From positions 2,222,089 through 2,286,088 of the forward strand of contig CAJINV010000001.1 in the NCBI GenBank assembly GCA_905178155.1: DNA of 64,000 bases, written 5' to 3'. A program made the translations under genes and the position numbers. Position 1 is the first letter of the stretch. Each line of letters opens with the position of its first letter. The notes below the pieces were generated by a model. It saw only the letters and a list, made by a program, of their open reading frames with translations. It was not told the DNA's origin and did not search any database. Below are positions 12,078-24,500 of the stretch, piece by piece. This DNA is from Amoebophrya sp. A120. Lineage: Eukaryota; Protista; Dinoflagellata.

Positions 12078-15000
12078 TCAGCCGAACGTCCCTCCACCGC
12101 CGAAGCCGCCAAATCCACCACCACCAAAACCGCCGAAACCACCTCCTTTGCCGCCCTTGCCTCTTCTGCCGAAAGGATCTCCGAAGGGGTCTAACGGATC
12201 TAGTCTCGGACCTTTAAGTCCCTTCCCCTTGCCACCCCCGCGGCCGTTGCCACCCATCGGATCTAAATCGTCTCCTCCGAACAGTGGGTTATTCAAATCG
12301 GGGTCTCCGATCCCGGGGTTATAGGGGTTTGGGCGTGGATCGATGCGTAGCGGATTATTTCCCGGTCCTCGTGGGGGTACAACGCCAAACAAATCTCTCT
12401 CCGCGTCCGGATTTCTCGGGTACGGGACATTTGGTGGAGGTCTTGGGTCGGCCAGGGGGTTTCGCCCGTACGGGTCGTCACCGGCGAGCGGATCCGGGAC
12501 CCCGAACAAATCGCGCTCGGCATCCGGGTCTCGAAAAGCCGGTGCAGGGTTGAAGGCGCCTAGTGGTATATGAAAATTTAAATTTTTGGGATGAACATTT
12601 AAACTTGACGATCGAACAAGACATTGCTTCATCACGTTTACGTTGGTTCACCGGGTCCGGGGCCCCGCTCTAAAAATACTTACATGCACTTCTCGAAGAG
12701 CCCCATCAAAAGCGAAGAAAAAAAGCACTATACCTCCCCGCGCCGGTCCTGGATCAAAGGGATTCACCGGGTCGTACCATATCCCGGGAGGTACGATCGG
12801 TCCTTGACCCTTCCCACCTCCCTTCCCTGGCCACCAGCCCCCTCTCGGCGGCGGCGGCCATTGCACCCGATTTCTCTCCATTTCCTCGAAATGGCTTCGC
12901 GTCCGCTCCACCAACTTCCGCTCCGTCTCCGCCCGGCCCGCGAGCGTCTTCGCGGCGCGTTCGCACGCGCTTTTCCACTCCTTGGGGGGGACGTCCTGGT
13001 CGGAGGAGCAGAACGAAGAACTCGCGGGATCCGACAGTCGCGCCTGGGTGCGCAGCTCGTTGACGGCGGTTTCGGACAGGTTCGCGGCGTAGAGGGCGTA
13101 CTTGCAGGTTTCGGGGCCGGACAAGTACCGGTCGAATTGATCGAACACGTTTCGTATGAACTGCAAAAGTATCGCACTCGTATAAATGCATGACAAATTC
13201 CCTCAGCATGAGAAATAAAATTTGTGATGCGAATTCACTTTGAGCAAAAAATTTGTAATGCATGACTGCAATACGAGTACGATACTTTTGCACAGGATAT
13301 TTCGCCAGACAAAATTCTGCATGTGCAGGGCCACGCTGCACTGGGTGTACACCAGTTTGCTGGCCTTCTCGACCCGCTATCCTGTGTAAAAACGTCCCCA
13401 CCCCAGAGTTGTCACGCAGATTTACCATGACAGGAACATTTGTGATGCGCAACCCCATGACAGGCATTTTCAATCGTGTTTGGGAACTTGTGATGCTGTA
13501 AACAGGATGAGAAGGTCGATTTGTGATGCGGCTTTCCTTGCTAACTTGCACTACCTTACGGACTGAAACTTGTCATGCGTGACTCCTCAAACTCCTAGGT
13601 TTGTGTTGCAAAATCCCCATCCTGACTCTGGTGTGGGTACGTTTTTACTCAGGATACCCGCCCAAGGGACTTCACGTCAAGGAAAGCCAGCACGGTGTCC
13701 ACAATCTCTGCCGGTAAGTTCTCAAATTTCGGCACGACGAGCCCGTAAAAATACGGGTAGATCACACTGTCGTGGACCTGTAGTGTGATGTATGAATGTT
13801 AAACTAAAAAAACTGTATTGTCAATGAAACTGCTCGGTATTGCTTTGTAGTTGTCATTGTTGACTACACGCACGGGCACTGAGCAAAAACCCGAAATGTT
13901 CACATGATGCCCGAGGTGGTTTTACGACGATGAGAACCAAGATGAAACAAGCCGGAGGTAGTATTCTTTTTCTACATTTTCTTTGTACCAGCTTCTTCAC
14001 GGTTTCAACGCTGTTGTTGCAGCTTTGGGTTCTGTTGTTGCCGACTTGGCTTTGCCCCGCAGCTACGTCCACCTTTAGTAACTGCTGGCCCTGGCAGAAG
14101 ACCAATGCCGTGTTCCCCGAAGTCAAAAACATCAGTTCGAAGGTGCCCCGCCGCGCCTCGTACTTTATGCGCGTCAGCGACTCCGACGTCTCCAGGGTTT
14201 CTGGCGGCGCGCGCATCAACCCGGTCTGCAGGCTCGCGCGGTGCATATCAAATGCAAAAATGTCTGGGCCTGGAAGAATGCAAGTTTATCATGCTTGTCT
14301 GGCATGACTCGAGAATCTGCGTTGCATAGCCACGAAAAGGCCCTCTTACCTGTCATGCAAAAACGCAGTTTGCCAGCATGCGGAATAGATACGAAAGACA
14401 TGGCAGCCAAAAAATTTGTCATGGTGCGTAGCTGCGCATTGCAGTGCGTTTATCATTCACTTTTAGCATTACAAGTCTCCAGACCCAGACAAATTAATTT
14501 GCAATCCATAGTGCACCAGATCGAACACTTCGCGTGGCGTGGTCACTGGCGGCGGCTTATCCAAGTAGATAAAGTCCCCACCCCATATTCAAAAGACGAT
14601 TTGTGTTGCTGGATTCCTGTACACAAATGAACTTTGTATTGCAGCAAGAGCTTGTCGGCATTTTCTAAGCCCATTTATTGGGTACGCATCCGGCTAGCAG
14701 CTGAGCATGAGCAACAAGTCTGACGTAGGCGGAAACGCATGACAGACTCGCTGTACAATGCGCCACACGCGTGCCGTTTGCCTTGCACCCAAGACAAGCC
14801 TGATTTGTGGTCACAAATCAGCATCACAAATTTCCTTTTCGATATGGGGAGGGGGGATTTTTCCATACGATACGGCTGTTCTTCCGCGGGCCTGAAAGAT
14901 GAGGACGCTGAGGTCTGTGGTCCTCTTCCCCCTCCGCGTGAAGATGGCACGAAAGAGGCACTGCTGGAAGAAGAAGACGTGGCTGCGCTTCCTCTGGTGG

Positions 15001-15610
15001 CATTATCTCCAACTACAACTTGATCCTGCTGTGTGATTATGTGCTGTGCGACTTTTCTGTCGCCGGCGTCCACCTCCATCGGAACTACTACTCCTTCGGG
15101 CTGTTCGTGCGCAGCGGGGGCGGGTGGTCCTGGTCTCCTGGTACCGCCACCCACCAATAATTCACTTGGCGGCTCAATTTTCATTCTCTTCGGGGAAGAC
15201 TCAATTTTCACCGGACTGCTCTCGCTGGTTGATGTGGCTTGCGGTCGGTTATTCGTTGTCGCGGTGGCCGAGTTGATGGCCGAAGTTGTACTAGATGCGG
15301 CGACTCCCCTGGTGGTTGTACCTTGCACGGCAGCAGTCTGAACTACCGCGCCACCTCCTACAGCAGCCCAGGCCACGGGCTCGGTGCTGCCTGTGAGTCC
15401 GTACGCTTCGCGGAGGGAGTTCCATGTCAGGGTCAGCAATCTGATCTTTTCCACCGTCGCAGGACCGTAAATGGGCATGGGCTGCAGCGCCTTGTCACGC
15501 AGCGCGAGTACTCTCGGTCTCGCGTCCGCAATGGTTTTCTGCGCACCGTCAGCAGCAGCGGCGAGGTCGCCGCTCAACAGGGCAGTGAGCTTCTTTAGCT
15601 CCGTCGCCAT
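12078..15610 (-). CDS. FBXO7/PI31-like F-box protein (FP-like region + F-box + Pro/Gly-rich tail); 4 introners + 2 GT-AG introns
   Basis: After removing 14558-14872, 14246-14510, 13378-13656, 13155-13299 and introns 13778-13988 and 12560-12733, it reads KKLVHDSVIYPYFYGLVVPKFENLPAEIVDTVLAFLDVKSLGRVEKASKL...NFVWRNVF (F-box) and VPPGIWYDPVNPFDP / GPRLDPLDPFG (PI31-type proline-rich motif). Confidence 0.75.
13155..13299. mobile_element. Introner family B (145 bp), TSD TTTCG
   Basis: TATGAACTGCAAAAGTATCGCACTCGTAT...ATACGAGTACGATACTTTTGCACAGGATA. TTTCG on both sides. Join FVWR/NVF. Confidence 0.92.
13378..13656. mobile_element. Introner family C (279 bp), TSD CCCGC
   Basis: TATCCTGTGTAAAAACGTCCCCACCCCAGAGT...ACTCTGGTGTGGGTACGTTTTTACTCAGGATA. 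Splits the F-box; join SLGR/VEK. Confidence 0.92.
14246..14510. mobile_element. Introner family A (265 bp), TSD GTGCA
   Basis: Family A TIRs. GTGCA at 14241 and 14511. Join DLVH/RAS. Confidence 0.9.
14558..14872. mobile_element. Degenerate C-like introner (315 bp), TSD CGGCT
   Basis: Imperfect ~50-bp IR (TATCC...CCCCATATTCAAAAG..ATTTGTG / CACAAAT..CTTTTCGATATGGGG...GATA). CGGCT on both sides. Join EEQP/PPVT. Confidence 0.8.
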
Positions 15611-16419
15611 TGTGTTGACGATGTCTCACCTCGAAATAGTAGGAATCGCGCAAAAATAAATATGTAATAGATGTATGTGATCTTCACATGGTAAAAAAGA
15701 GGACTTAGAACGTTTTGCGAGCGAGAGGACGAAAGGGGTACTAGTACAGCACGATCTTATGCTTCTTACGATGGGTAGACGTGAGATTCTTGCGACATCG
15801 ACATCGCCGTAAAACTGGGGGGCGGGGAGCTTTTTGTGTCTTGAACCTGAACGATTAGAAACTGCAACTTTGCTCGACTCGCCGGCTACAGGTGCCAAGA
15901 TAAGTAGCAGTTAGTTGTTGAAAAAATCGTTTGCGTTTCATCAGCCCACCTCCTAACCTAACATGCGAGGCAGTCCGGATCTCTTTCATGTTTGCCCCAA
16001 GAGAGATCGCGATCCTGTTTGATGTTCTCCATTGTACTTATCCTCGTCCCTCGTATGAGAGCACAATAATAATAGAAATACCAATCACTGTGAAACCAGA
16101 CATACATCTGCAGTCATGGCGAAAACCAGACCGAATTATACAACTCATAGATGATGGTCATGATCACGTTGCAGAATCTTACAAGGAGAATCTTCACTGA
16201 AGATTGATGGAGAGGGAGAACACACCAAGTACAACTGCGAGTCATTCACTACATGTACATGTTGTACATTGATATTACACGGGGGTCGCTTGTTGAGGGC
16301 CCATCATCAAATCGCTTCAGTTGTCGCTTCAGTTTTACAACTTTTGAAAAACCCCAATGCGTGATCTGGGTCCCCATCAAATTATGTCGTTTTTGGAAGA
16401 AGAAGTGTGTCACTTTCCA

Positions 16420-17658
16420 TCACCAATTGATGATTTTGGTCGCGAAAATGAAGCTGACCATGAGGAAAAAAACCACGACGCTGACCGCGAACAGGAACAC
16501 CTGCGTGAAGAAGCCCATCTTGCTGCTCCACAGCATGTCCCGCGCCGTTTGGTTCTTGGCCTGCAGGCTGTCCGTCCGCTTGTCAAAATCTTCGTTGATT
16601 TTGTCCAGCAACTGGTTGTCTTCCTGCAGCCTCCCGCCAATACCGTGCGCAATCCCCACCATCTGCTCCACGGAATTCGCTACCGTTGCCAGCATCTCCT
16701 CCCGCTCGGCCTCGTCCAATTTTTTCTCGTCATCTACTCGATAGGACGAGGCGTTCGGCGTCGACGGGGCAGTGCTGAGCGCATCATGTACTACACCACT
16801 GCCTTTCATTGCCGTTGTTTTCATATTCGAGCCGGAGGTCGCAGAAGTTGCAAGAAGCCTCTGCTTTCGATATTCTTGGAGCGACAGACTGCTACTCACC
16901 ACTTCTGCAACCACAGCAGGGGGTGAAGCTGAAGAAGAAGATCTATTCCCGGTTGTCGTGGCTGCTATTCCTATTATGTCTACTCCATCACTTGTTATTT
17001 CAGTCCCCGGCTTTTCTGTCGCAAAGCTCTGCAAGGTGTCAAAGTCGCTTTCTACGCCACTGCTTCGAGCAGGTGCACTGGCAAACTCATCGCTTGCAAT
17101 AATTATATCCGCTTCATCCGCATCATCAACATCATCTGTCAACAAACCAGTCTTGCTATTCCTGCGGGAGGACGACGACGCCCCGCTTGTTATCAGCCCG
17201 ACTTGCTGCAGCTGCTCTTGATGTTGCGATCGAGTTTTCAAGTGCTGCAGCCGCTGCGCTTCCCAGCGGGAAATCCGCTCCTCCACCTGCTTGCGCTGGG
17301 GCCCAAGGGGCATATCCTGTGCAAAAGTATCGCACTCGTATTGCAATCATGCATTACAAATCTTCTTTCTAAGGTAAATCTGCATTACAAATTTTATTTC
17401 TCACGCTGAGGAAATTTGTGATGCATGTATACGAGTACGATACTTTTGCAATGCATAGGGCAAACAAGGCAACAATTCCTGCACGAAGGACTGCACATAA
17501 ACGTCCACCGTAATCTCGTCGCCCGCAGTTTCTGGAAACTGCTCCAGGTAGCGCAGGAAGCCGGTAAAATCTTCCACCGTGTCCCTCTGCGCCCGCAGCG
17601 GGTCGCTGAAGCTGCCGTTTGGCAGGTGCTGCTGATACGCCGGAGCGACGGATGCCAT
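16420..17658 (-). CDS. Tail-anchored SNARE, Use1-like (Qc)
   Basis: C-terminal SNARE heptads EREEMLATVANSVEQMVGIAHGIGGRLQEDNQLL followed by a terminal TM helix. Two ORFs join in frame (PCLP/LGP) across introner 17313-17457. Confidence 0.7.
17313..17457. mobile_element. Introner family B (145 bp), TSD GGGCA
   Basis: Family B TIRs. GGGCA at 17308 and 17458. Interior is inverted relative to 13155-13299. Confidence 0.92.
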
Positions 17659-18548
17659 GATTTTTCTGCTCGCGTGTGTCCTCTCTATTTGATCATGCGA
17701 GAAATGAACCCTGTGCGTGGTCCCGTATACTTACTTAGGCTGAAGCTCCTGATGGACTTAGATTTCGCGAAAATTCTCTAAACCGCCATACCTGAGGGAC
17801 GAGTGCCATCCATTCAAAAACTCAGCCCTTATAATTTTTGATTACCGACGAACAGACTTACAAAAAACGCTGGCTTGCCGGAAAGTAGGCGACTAAAACA
17901 CTTGTCGGCGTCACTGATGTTCAAAGTGTACATGGTTCACTTTCACTTTTGCTTTTCCAATTCCATCTCCATGCATACAGATTTATAGTTCGGAGCAAAT
18001 TTTTTCTCCTTGTTTTCATTTTCACATTCACACGATAAAACGATATAGGATACAACCAAGATAAGTGGCTCTTGTCCTCATGCTCCCAATATACAAGAGC
18101 TCTTCATCGAAATATGAAAATGAATAGCATTAGCCTATAGCAATATGTGTATGTGATCGACCACGATCTAATATATAAAGTGTTAAGACTGTATCTGTAC
18201 TGCACACTCGGATTTTTCATCCGAGAGTATGCGAAAAATAGATCTTCATCATTTACTGACGATATCGATATTACCGATCATTAAAATCATTGCAATCTCG
18301 TGACTGAATCAAACGCTTCCTTTCAGTTTCAATGTTAAAGAAAGAATGTATGGACTGGTACATTCAGGCTATTTCAGGAGATGAATCTGGACCTTTTCTC
18401 CCGACTGCATGGCCAGCACGCAGTCGTCTGTAGTAGTATTTGTAGCCTGCTCTACTACTTTTTACATTCTGAAGTAAAGTTGTATAATCCTCGCCGCCAC
18501 AGGTACTTACTTCTACATCTACTTCCTGATCCTGTCAATAATATGATC

Positions 18549-21500
18549 CTATAAAGAGCCACGCGACAGTGCCACGGAATTTTCCGACCGTAACGCACAC
18601 CAGAGGCGATCGAGTGTGTCCTGCGAGTTCTCGCCCTCTTCCAAAGCGTCCAAAATTCCCACAATTGTTTTTTGCCGTTCGCGGTCGTAATCCGCACGGC
18701 TGTCCACGCTGGCGTGCAGCATAGACGCTGTGGTTTCCCGCAGCTTATCCACTCGTCCGACCTCGGTGCTTCTGCCATGATCCCAAGCGGAGGTTGTTGT
18801 AAAGCGATTGTCTGTTCCCGTGTTGAAGCGTGCTGCAAAATGAGGATCTCCTGTCATCTGATCCCCGGGCACCATCGGGTTGAAGAACGTGACACCGCGC
18901 TTACTCCTACCCGCACCACCAGCAGCCCCGCCGTCACGAAACAAGTTGTGGTGGCCGCTGCCGCTCCGCGCCGCCGACGTCAGGCTACTACTCGCGCCGA
19001 CACGCACCGATGTGCGCCTGCTGGTGCCGCAGTGTTGACCACCTGCCTCAGTCGTAGCACGTCCTCCGCCAGGATTAGCCACTAAGGTGCGCCGCACCTG
19101 GAAATTCAACCCAGTAGATCCGGCGGATTTATTAGTACTTGCAACTACGGCCGTCGAGCGGCTTTGTGCCATGGTCAAGGGCGCGATATCATCGCGCAAC
19201 TCGTCCGAGTCGTCACTAGTACCCTCCTGCAGCTCCAGCGAGCGCTTGTTCCCGCTGATCCTCTTCGTGGTTCGGGATAAAACCACCAGCGCTTGCCGCG
19301 GCGCGGTGAAGAAAGGAAGTAGTGCTACTTTCGCAAGCTGTTTTTGAAACCAACTGGCAGGATCGGCGAAAAAGAACGATTTGTCGCGCCTTTGCTGCAA
19401 GTCACTGCTCAGGGTTTTCATCCACGCAGGAGTGCGCGAAGAGTCTCCATGCGACGACGCGCGGTGCGACACGGCTGCGTCCTCCGCAGCCTTCATGTGC
19501 GTATGAATTGCAAAAGTGTCTGGGTCTGGAAGGTGGCAACTTGTCATGGTAAATCTGAAGAATGCAAAAATCTGTATTGCATGAGTGCCAAAAGCTGTCC
19601 ACTTTTGACCAAGATGGACAGGAGTTTCTCATGCAGGTGGATGGGCATTGCAGAGACTTCGCAGAGTCTGTCGTGCTAAGTCCCGCATTCCAGACCACTC
19701 AGGGCTCATGGAAAATCTGCATGACAAGTTTACACTTTTCCAGACCCAGACATTTTTGCACTTGATAGTGCGCCGCCAGGTCCGATTCCAAGCTCGTGAT
19801 GTTTACGTTTTCAAACTCCCCCTCGTCCTCCTCCAGGTCGTCGGCAAAACTGCGGTCCTCGACCACGTGGCAGTTTTTCGCCCGGTCGCGCTGCCGGTAC
19901 ACCCAGCCGCAGAAGATCAGGATGAAGAGCACGTACACGCCGAACAGGAACCGGATCAACCAGTCGCGCAGGATCAAAAAGTCGCCTTGTGGGCCCTGGA
20001 CCCCGAACAGCGCGTGCAGGCCTCCCTGCAGAAAGTTCACGAGCAGCGTGGCCAGAATGAAAATGTCCAGGTAGGTGAGGTACCCGATGTTGCCAACACT
20101 CTCGCCGGCGCTCGACTTGAAGGACGCGCATCCTGAGTAAAAACGTCCCCACCCCAGAGTCAAGAAGGGGACTTTGCAACACAAACATAGAAGTTTTGGG
20201 ATTCACGCATCACAAATTTCAGTCCTCAGTGTAGTGCAGGTTAGCAGGGAAAAACGCATCACAGATCCATGTCCATCTGCTCTTCCTGGTTGATGCAGCA
20301 TTACAAATGCCAAAACACGACTAGAAACGCCTCTCATGAAGAGGCGCATTACAAATGCTCCTGTCATTGCGAATCTGCATGGCAACTCTGGGGTGGGGAC
20401 GTTTTTACAAATGATAACACGTTGGTCAGAATCACCATCACCACCACTGCGAGCCCGTCCCGCGGGTTGTCGATCGCGCCCAGCCGCTCCTCCACCCAGG
20501 CGAAGCTGAAAAAGCCGAACAGGTATGGATTGCAAAAATGTCTGGGTCTGGAAGATTTCAACTTGTCATGCTGTCTTTGGATTCTACAATAAATCTGTAT
20601 TGCATGAACGGCAAGAGAGGTCCAGTTTTTGTCATGGCCAGAGGGCATTTCTGATGCGGTATAGGCATCAGGAAGCTCTCATAAGATCTGTGATGCTAGG
20701 GCATGCATTACATGCATCATGGATCATACAAAATATGGGACGCTGGTCGTATCAGATTGCGTAAGTTGTAAAATCAGATTACGAAATGCAATCAGGTTAC
20801 TGAAATCAGATTACGAGACGCAATCAGGTTCTACCTAAGCGAACGCCAGGCGGCCCCAGCGGCCCGCCGGAATCAGTGGCGCGCCCAGCCGACCAAGGGG
20901 CTGGCCGACGGGATCAACGAGAACCACGACGGGGCAAGAACACAGCCAGACGAGCGGGCAAGCCGCGGGGGCGCATTGACTGGCGCAGCAACGAGAAGAG
21001 GGAGGCGTCGGCCAGGGCAGCCGCCGCCGGCCGGCCGGCCGGCGGCGGCTGCCCTGGCCGACGACCAGAAACCCCAAACCCTAGACCCCCAACCCTAACC
21101 CAGACTCCTGATTTCACTGATATTCTGAATTCAGTAACTTGATTGCACAACTAACCTGATTGTAATAATAAATCTGGGTCATGGTGCGTTCCACGTACCC
21201 AAATTCCACGTACCCAAATCTGCGCACCCAAATGGGTACTGTTTTTGGGCACCCGTGGGTGCCCAAATCCCGGCGGTACGAGGTGGCGTTGCGCGTTCCA
21301 GACGAATTGTTCAGAACTTTTATCTTGCGATTTTTGTTTTGTTTTTTCAGGATCGCAATAAAAATAAAATTTCAAAACTTCGCGGCCCAATCCGCGAAAT
21401 GTTAAAATTTAATTTTTATTGTCAAGAAAAAACACTTCTCTCGTAGCGCAAACTTTGCAGAAGAGTTGAATTCTATTGCAATAAAAATAAAATTTAGAAA

Positions 21501-24500
21501 CTCCGTGCCTTGAGCCGCGAAATCGGAGCGGAAAACCCACCCGGGTGCCGTTGGTTTTCTTTCTCATTCCTACCAACTAGACACGGCAGGCTTCCCAGCC
21601 TGGAAACCCTAAACGGGGCACGGGGGCGGAAGGACAATGGCCCGGGCAGGCTTCGGAGCGGAAAACCCACCCGGGCGCCGTCTTCTTTTTCATTCCTACC
21701 ACCTAGGCGCGGCACGCTTCCGGGCCCGAAAACCCTAAACCGGGAAGGGGGGGCGGGTAGACAATTACCAGGGCAGGCTTCATCGGAGTGGAAAACCCAC
21801 CCGGGCGCCGTTCTCTTTTTCAATTCATTCCTACCCCCGCGGCGCGGCAGGCTCTCGAGCCCGGAAACCCTAAACGGGGCACGGGGGGCGGAGAGACAGC
21901 TACCCGGGCAGGCTTCGGAGCGAAAAACAAGCCCAGGCGCCTTTTTCTGTTTCATTCCTACCACCGAGGCGCGGCAGGCTTCCGAGCCCGGAAACCCTAA
22001 ACGGGGCGCGGGGGGCGGGAGGACAGTTGCCCGGGCAAGCTTCGGAGCGGGAAACCCGCCCGGGCGCCGTTTTCTTTTTCATTTCTATCACATAGGCGCG
22101 GCAAGCCTTCGAGCCCGGAAACCCTAAACGGGGCACGGGGGGCGGGAGGACAGTTACCCGGGCAGGTTTCGTAGCGGAAAACCCGCCCGGGCGCCGTTTT
22201 CTTTTTCATTCCTACCACATAGGCGCGGCAGGCCTTCGAGCCCGGAAACCCTAAACGGGGAGGGGGGGGCGGGGGGACAGCTACCCGGGCAGGCTTCGCG
22301 GCGGAAAACCCACCCAGGCGCCGTTTTCTTTTTCATGCCCACCCAACAAATAGGCGCGGCAGGCTTTGGGGCCCGCAAACCCTAAACGGGGCACGGGGGG
22401 CGGGGAGACAGTGCCCCTAGCAGGCTTCGGAGCGGAAAACCCAAGACGGCGCCGCTGTGTTTTTCATTCCTACCAACTAGACACGGCAGCCTCCCGGGCC
22501 CACAAACGGACCCCAAACGGGGCACGGGGGCGGAAAGGCAGCGACCCGGGCAGGCTTCGTAGCGGAAAACCCGCCCGGGCGCCGTTCCCTTTTTCATTCC
22601 TACCCCCGCGGCGCGGCAGGCTCTCGAGCCCGGAAACCCTAAACGGGGCACGGGAGGCGGAGAGACATTTACCCGGGCAGGCTTCGGAGCGGAAAACCCA
22701 CCCAGTCGCCTTTTTCTGTTTCATTCCTACCACCGAGGCGCGGCAGGCTTCCGAGCCCGGAAACCCTAAACGGGGCTCGGGGGGCGGGAGGACAGTTGCC
22801 CGGGCAGGCTTCGGAGCGGGAAACCCGCCCGGGCGCCGTTTCCTTTTTCATTCCTACCACATAGTCGCGACACGCCCTCGAGCCCGGAAGCCCTAAACGG
22901 GGCGCGGGGGGCGGGAGGAAAGTTATCCGGGCAGGCTTCGGAGCGGAAAGCCCGCCCGGGCGCCGTTTTCTTTTTCATTCCTACCAAATAGGCGCGGCAG
23001 GCCTTCGAACCCGGGAACCCTAAGCGGGGAGAGGGGGGCGGGGGGACAGCTACCCGGGCAGGCTTCGGGGCGGAAAACCCACCCAGGCGCAGTTTTCTTT
23101 TTCATTCCTACCAAATAGGCGCGGCAGGCTTTCGAGCCCGGAAACCCTAAACGGGGCACGGGGGGCGGGGAGACAATGCCCCAGGGCAGGCTTCGGAGCG
23201 AGCGGAAAACCCAACAAGGCGCCGCTGTCTTTTTCATTCCTACCACCTAGACGCAGCAGGCTTCCGGGCCGAGAAACCCTAAACGGGGCACGGGGGCTGA
23301 AAGACAGTGACCCGGGCAGGCTTCGTAGCGGAAAACCCGCAAAGGCGCCGCTTTTTCTTTCATTCCTACCACCTAGGCGCGCAGGCTTCCGAGCCCGGAA
23401 ACCCTCCACGGGGAACGGGGGCCGGATAGACAATTACCCGAGCAAGCTTCGGAGCGGAAAACCCACCCGGGCGCCGCTCTCTTTCTCATTCCTGCCTCCT
23501 AGGCGCGGCAGGCTCCCTAGCCCGGAAACCTTAAACGGGGCGCGCGGGGCGGAAAGACAGTTTCCCGGGCAGGCTTCGGGGCGGAAAACCCACCCGGGCG
23601 CCGCGTTCTTTTGTTTGTTTTCATTCCTATCAGCTAGGCGAGGCAGGCTCACGAGCCCCAGGCCTAAGCGGGGCACGGCTGGCGGAGAGACAGCTACCCG
23701 GGAAGGCTTCGGGGCGAAAAACCCGCCCAGACGCCTTTTTTTTTGGTAGCGCGGGGCCCCTTCCCTAGATGCCCCCCTCCCCTAGATGCCATGTGGAGCC
23801 CGGCGCCCTAGATGCCATGTTGAGCATGGCCCCTCGTTCGCTCCTTGCAGGAGTTTTGGGCCCCCTAGATGCCATGTTCGTTGAGCATGGCACCCGTGTC
23901 AAGGAATCATGACAACCACAGTACGCCGCCCTCTTTCCACAACAAGTACCCCCAGGCCAAAAATAAAAGGAACGACATTTAGTGCACTGCATTGCAAACC
24001 GCCGCGCATTTTCTAGGCGGGCGCGAAAGGGCGATCCGCTTTACGGGACCGGCGGGAAGATCGAGCGCGGGACAGGAATGTAGAGGAGCCACCCGGGGGG
24101 TGGACCAGTGTGAAACAACGCGAGGCAAAGCACAGCTATGCTCTGCGGTCTCGCGCGTGCTGCGCAATGGCTTTGATAACGAGGGGGAGGACGAGAACGA
24201 CAGGCGTTGAGTCTAAAAATCTTATTTTTATTGGAGGAGTGGATGCGAAATTCGTCAGCTATATAATTTTAATCCGCGAATTTTCAAAATTTAATTTTTA
24301 TGGGCCGGAGAAAGCGAAACTGTCGGAGACGTGGTTCGCGAGGAAACAAGGCAAATCCGCGAAAGTTGGAAATTTTATTTTTAATTTTTTCATTGAAATT
24401 GAAAAAGCGACAACCTTTTTTGCAGTCCCAAATGTGTCTTGTAGCGTGGGGGTTCACGTCCGGAAAGAGGGCTCATTGGTTTGGGTGCGTGGTTTTGGGT

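Noticed and set aside
13155-17457. 145-bp family-B length matching a nucleosome core
   Set aside because: Other B copies are 158-185 bp and other families differ; coincidence cannot be excluded.
21494-23676. ORFs within the minisatellite
   Set aside because: Frames shift between units and unit length is not a constant multiple of 3; non-coding repeat.
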